Source: an uncultured delta proteobacterium (lineage in GTDB: Bacteria; Desulfobacterota; Desulfobacteria; Desulfobacterales; QNYZ01). From it: a stretch of 64,000 nucleotides of DNA. The translations under genes and the position numbers were made by a program. Position 1 is the stretch's first letter, and each line of letters opens with the position of its first letter. Shown piece after piece: positions 60,332 to 64,000 of the stretch. The notes under the pieces were generated by a model, which was given only the letters and a program-made list of their open reading frames with translations, was not told the DNA's origin and searched no databases. The stretch covers positions 704,001-768,000 of the forward strand of contig CAWJQU010000005.1 in the NCBI GenBank assembly GCA_963845145.1, written 5' to 3'.

Positions 60332-61497
60332 TTATTTACCGGTCAGTACGGTAACCTGTTCAAATTCATGTACCGTTAACCTTGAAAATAATATGTGGCA
60401 CCACCAAGAAGATCCCCTTTTTCATCAAAGCTAATGGGGAATCCAAGATATCCCTTTATAGTCTTTTAATAGCAGAAAGTTTTGCAGATGACTTCCTGAC
60501 GGGAAATATCTCCGTCTTTGGCCGCCATATCAATCGCACTTAAAAGAATATTCATCGCCTCATAGGCAGGAGGACCGAAGCCGCTCAAGGAACCGTATTT
60601 ATGTTTCAAAGTTTTTCACATATTCCCCTGCTTCTTTAACGGAAAATATATCCGGGCTGAAATGATAAACATATGCTCCTTGCGCTGCACCTTCGGACGC
60701 TTCAATAAAGTCTTTTTTATCCCTTGCCCCTTCGGTGCCAAAGAAAATCGCATCTATCCCAAGTTCTTTGGCCTGCCTGACCCCGATGGCCTGATCTGGA
60801 GCTGCTGTTGCAATAAAAAACAGGACATCCGGTTTGATAAGCCTTAATTTTGTCAGCACGGCGGAAAAATCCTTTGCGCCGGCTACAATGGTATCATTCC
60901 ATGATATCGGTAATACCAAGTTTTTTAAGCCCTTTAATGGTTTGCTGGGCCATATTTTCACAATAGGCAACTTTCTCATTCAGTATAGCCACTTTTTTGG
61001 CCTTAAGCGTATTTTTAATAAAAAGGGCGGCATTCCAGCCATGGGCATCATTTCTAGGCATTTACCCTGAAAAAATGCTTATATCCGGACTCAGTGAGTT
61101 CTGGTTTTGAAGCAGCCGTCGTAATACAGGCAAGGTCATTCTGACCGTAGATTTTCAATGATGCCTGGGCAATGTGACTGACCGGAGGCCCTACAACGCC
61201 ATACATCGATCTATCAGAAGTGAATTTTCGGGCAACTTTAATTCCCTGTGCCGGATCAAGGGCATCATCACCCATAACATGTTTAATTTGAACCCCCTGA
61301 ATCCCACCTCGGGCATTCCATTCATCAACGGCAATCTGGGAAGAATTAAAAATTTCCATACAGGGTGCGGCAGCATCGCCGGTAAAAGATCCCGCATTTC
61401 CGACACTGATTCCCTTTGCAACATCAGTGGCCGACACTGTCTGTCCGATAATTAAAGAAAATACTGCCATTAACAGAATGATAATTTTTTTCATCAT
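60332..61497 (-). pseudogene. LivK-like ABC substrate-binding protein, multiply frameshifted
   Basis: Signal peptide, AVDEWNARGGI, DDALDP and FFRV; then DFSAVLTK..PD in another frame; C-terminal FEQVTVLTGK-stop. Confidence 0.8.
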
Positions 61498-61547
61498 CTC
61501 CCCCTCCTGATTAATAGAAAATAGAAAATGACCCGCTTGCCCCTTTG

Positions 61548-62222
61548 CTAAACCTCGTCTCTGAAAAATGAATCTGACCGTACTTTTTTCAAAATATCCA
61601 ACAATTGAGATTTTACCTGCTCTGCATGAAGTGCCACTGCACTGGCAGCCTTGTCATTATCTTTAGCGAGGAGCGCCTCATAAATCATCGTATGATTTTC
61701 GATGGCTTCAACCCACACAGCCGGCATCACATTCAACCCATGCCGGTATTTCAGTGTCAGCTCACCTAAATTCTTACATATTCTGTAGAATGTCTTACTT
61801 CTGGCCGCCTTATGAATAATGGAATGGAATTCAAGGTCCAGATCCGTTATCTTCCTCAGGTCATTAGACTTAATGAAGCACTTTGACTTTACAATATTTT
61901 CTTCCATCATTTTAAGCTCGGCAGGTGTAATATATTGAACGGCTTTTCTTACCACCAGCACTTCAATTTCAAAGCGGGCAGAGAAAAGATCATGAATGTC
62001 ATCAATTGACATATCTTCAATAATATATCCTGCCCTTGGCAGGGCGGTGATCAATTTTTCCTGAGTAAGCCTTTGTAAGGCCTCCCTGACGGGTGTCCTG
62101 CTGACATTAAGCCGGCTGGCAATACTCGATTCTGTTATGTGCGATCCACCGGGTATTTTTCCGGTTAAAATATCGTATCGAAGGGTTTTATAAACTTTTT
62201 CTTTTAACGGGATACTTTTCAT
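61548..62222 (-). CDS. GntR-family (FCD) transcriptional regulator
   Basis: LNVSRTPVREALQRL HTH; R..IE, D.EFH and H..I..AL FCD motifs. Confidence 0.95.
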   Translation of the reverse strand: MKSIPLKEKVYKTLRYDILTGKIPGGSHITESSIASRLNVSRTPVREALQRLTQEKLITALPRAGYIIEDMSIDDIHDLFSARFEIEVLVVRKAVQYITPAELKMMEENIVKSKCFIKSNDLRKITDLDLEFHSIIHKAARSKTFYRICKNLGELTLKYRHGLNVMPAVWVEAIENHTMIYEALLAKDNDKAASAVALHAEQVKSQLLDILKKVRSDSFFRDEV

Positions 62223-62253
62223 TATATCTCTCTGAAACGCACAATGAAATCAT

Positions 62254-62265
62254 CTTGTATACAAG
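62254..62265. promoter_or_regulatory. Putative GntR operator
   Basis: Perfect palindrome CTTGTATACAAG about 30 bp upstream of gntR; TTGACA on the minus strand at 62295-62290. Confidence 0.6.
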
Positions 62266-62459
62266 TTAGCTTGCATATTGAATTCCTTCTGTCAAGTCTC
62301 TTTTTAATCGGATAAGTGATATCTGAGAAATCATCATTCCCTGATCAAGCGGCACTATGATTTTCAAAAACAATTGGGGTCAGTCGTCAATTTCTTCTAT
62401 GAACTTGTATTTCATTCCTGCATAATACCCGTTATTAAAAAATCAAAGGATGCAAAAAG

Positions 62460-63626
62460 ATGAAGTACCTCATTCTTCTATCCGCCGTGCTGATGCAGAT
62501 GTGCCTTGGCGCCACCTATTCTTGGAGTATCTATGTTCAGCCCCTTAGAGATTTGACGGGATTGCTGCAAGGCCCCGTACAAACTCCGTTTACAGTGTTT
62601 TACTTTACATTTCCACTTTCCATGCTGGTGGCTGGAAGCTTTTTGCCTAAGATCGGAACCAGAAGAAGCGCAATGATCGGCGGCATTCTTTTTGGCAGCG
62701 GATGGCTCGTTGCCGGCCTTGGATCAATCCATTTTATATTTACGGTATTAGGGATAGGGCTATTAAGCGGCATCGGCGCGGGAATGGCCTATATTGTGCC
62801 AATTGCTGTATGTATTCGCTGGTTTCCTAAAAATAAAGGGATGGTTACCGGTATCGCTGTGGCGGGTTTTGGTGGTGGTGCGGCTCTGGTAAGCCAGGTC
62901 GGGGGTTGGTGCATGAGCGACCTTGGCTTCTCACCCTATCAAATCTTTTTTCTTTTTGGGATCATCTTCATGGTCACCGTTTTTCTTGCAGGTTCCACGA
63001 TGAGCGTTCCCGCGGCACAAAAGGATGGGCCAAGGCCGGGAAGGATTAAATTAAAGGAAATTTTGGGCCACCCCTCGTTCCGGATTCTCTATCTGGCCAT
63101 GTTTGCCGGGCTAGCCGCCGGTTTTGCAATAAATGCCAATCTAAAAGAATTATATGGAGGGACGGGAGACGCTGTTAAGATTGGTATTACCGCTGTTTCT
63201 CTTTTTGCCCTCGCCAACGCCACCGGGAGGGTTATCTGGGGATCAATTTTTGATAGGGTTCTTTCCAGTACGGCAATCCAGTTAAACCTGTTTTTTCAAG
63301 CGGGCGTTTTGTTCTGTGCGCCGTTTTTATTAGACTCAGTGATAGGTTTCTGGGCAGTGGCCCTGCTTGCCGGTTTTAATTATGGCGGCGTGCTGGTTAT
63401 CTATGTCTCTTCGGCATCCCGCCTTTGGGGTGCGGAAAATGTAGGTCAGGTCTATGGGTGGCTTTTTTCAAGTAATATCCCTGCCGCTTTATCTCCCATG
63501 GTTGCCGGATTGTTTTTTGACCACTTTCATAATTTCAATCTGGCTCTCTATATTTCGGCAGGATTGCTGATTTGTGGTGTCTGGCTGGCAAGGGTGCGAA
63601 GAAGAGATGTAAATAACTTTTCTTAA
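62460..63626 (+). CDS. MFS transporter, oxalate/formate antiporter (OFA) family
   Basis: LGATYSWS, WFPKNKG..TG.AVAGFGGG and NATGR..WG...D. Confidence 0.9.
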   Translation: MKYLILLSAVLMQMCLGATYSWSIYVQPLRDLTGLLQGPVQTPFTVFYFTFPLSMLVAGSFLPKIGTRRSAMIGGILFGSGWLVAGLGSIHFIFTVLGIGLLSGIGAGMAYIVPIAVCIRWFPKNKGMVTGIAVAGFGGGAALVSQVGGWCMSDLGFSPYQIFFLFGIIFMVTVFLAGSTMSVPAAQKDGPRPGRIKLKEILGHPSFRILYLAMFAGLAAGFAINANLKELYGGTGDAVKIGITAVSLFALANATGRVIWGSIFDRVLSSTAIQLNLFFQAGVLFCAPFLLDSVIGFWAVALLAGFNYGGVLVIYVSSASRLWGAENVGQVYGWLFSSNIPAALSPMVAGLFFDHFHNFNLALYISAGLLICGVWLARVRRRDVNNFS

Positions 63627-63668
63627 TCAGTGCCATGTGGAAAAGATTTTTTCTTGGAATGCGAGCGT

Positions 63669-64000
63669 TCAGGTAATGCCATATCTATCAATTTTCTCGT
63701 AAAGCGTTTTTCTCGAAATTCCCAGCTGTTGTGCGGCACGACTTTTATTGCCCGAGCAATGGGTCAATGCCGCCTGGATCAGATCTTTTTCCATATCCTG
63801 AAGATTGAAATTCTCTTTCCCAAGCGAATGGTTTTTCTTTGAGTCATGAGTGTCCGTAGAAAGGCGGGTGTTGGTCGAACGGATATCGGGTAGATCAATC
63901 GTGCTTAACTTGTCCATTTTTGAAAGGATGACACCCCGGGCAATGTAGTTTTTCAATTCCCGGATATTTCCCGGCCAATGATATTCAGCCAGGGCCTTCA
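63669..64000 (-). CDS. Sigma-54-dependent Fis-family activator, C-terminal part (5' end outside window)
   Basis: WPGNIRELKN and C-terminal HTH GNKSRAAQQLGISRKTLYEK. Confidence 0.9.
   Translation of the reverse strand, partial: KALAEYHWPGNIRELKNYIARGVILSKMDKLSTIDLPDIRSTNTRLSTDTHDSKKNHSLGKENFNLQDMEKDLIQAALTHCSGNKSRAAQQLGISRKTLYEKIDRYGIT

Overview
64-kb bacterial genomic segment whose gene content and intergenic repeats resemble an anaerobic Desulfobacterota-type (sulfate-reducer-like) genome; the taxonomy is my inference. The main feature is a ~13-kb minus-strand anaerobic phenol/aromatic activation locus (7.2-20.4 kb). It encodes phenylphosphate synthase-like ppsA and ppsB, a single PpcB-like UbiD carboxylase, a receiver protein and an aryl-CoA ligase-like enzyme. 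An unusual accessory block follows: two Tm-1/UPF0261 paralogues, an HD hydrolase, an LpdD-like prFMN chaperone, UbiX and a flavin reductase. A LysR gene lies divergent to the locus. No ppsC, ppcA, ppcC or ppcD is present in the window. The middle holds housekeeping and stress genes (Lon-like protease, HIT, Ada-AlkA/Ogt, hemerythrin, TetR-MMPL, rubredoxin, WYL-GyrI, adk, moaE, mobA, a P-loop-degenerate YchF paralogue), a MITE-like repeat, and a STAND-BTAD regulator followed by secreted proteins. A 174-bp direct duplication truncates a PadR gene. The distal 9 kb is an AT-richer GntR-liv ABC-TIGR04076-ferredoxin-AOR-racemase operon with many single-base frameshifts, probably sequencing errors. 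I saw no rRNA, tRNA, CRISPR array or transposase. All family calls come from motif recognition, not database searches.
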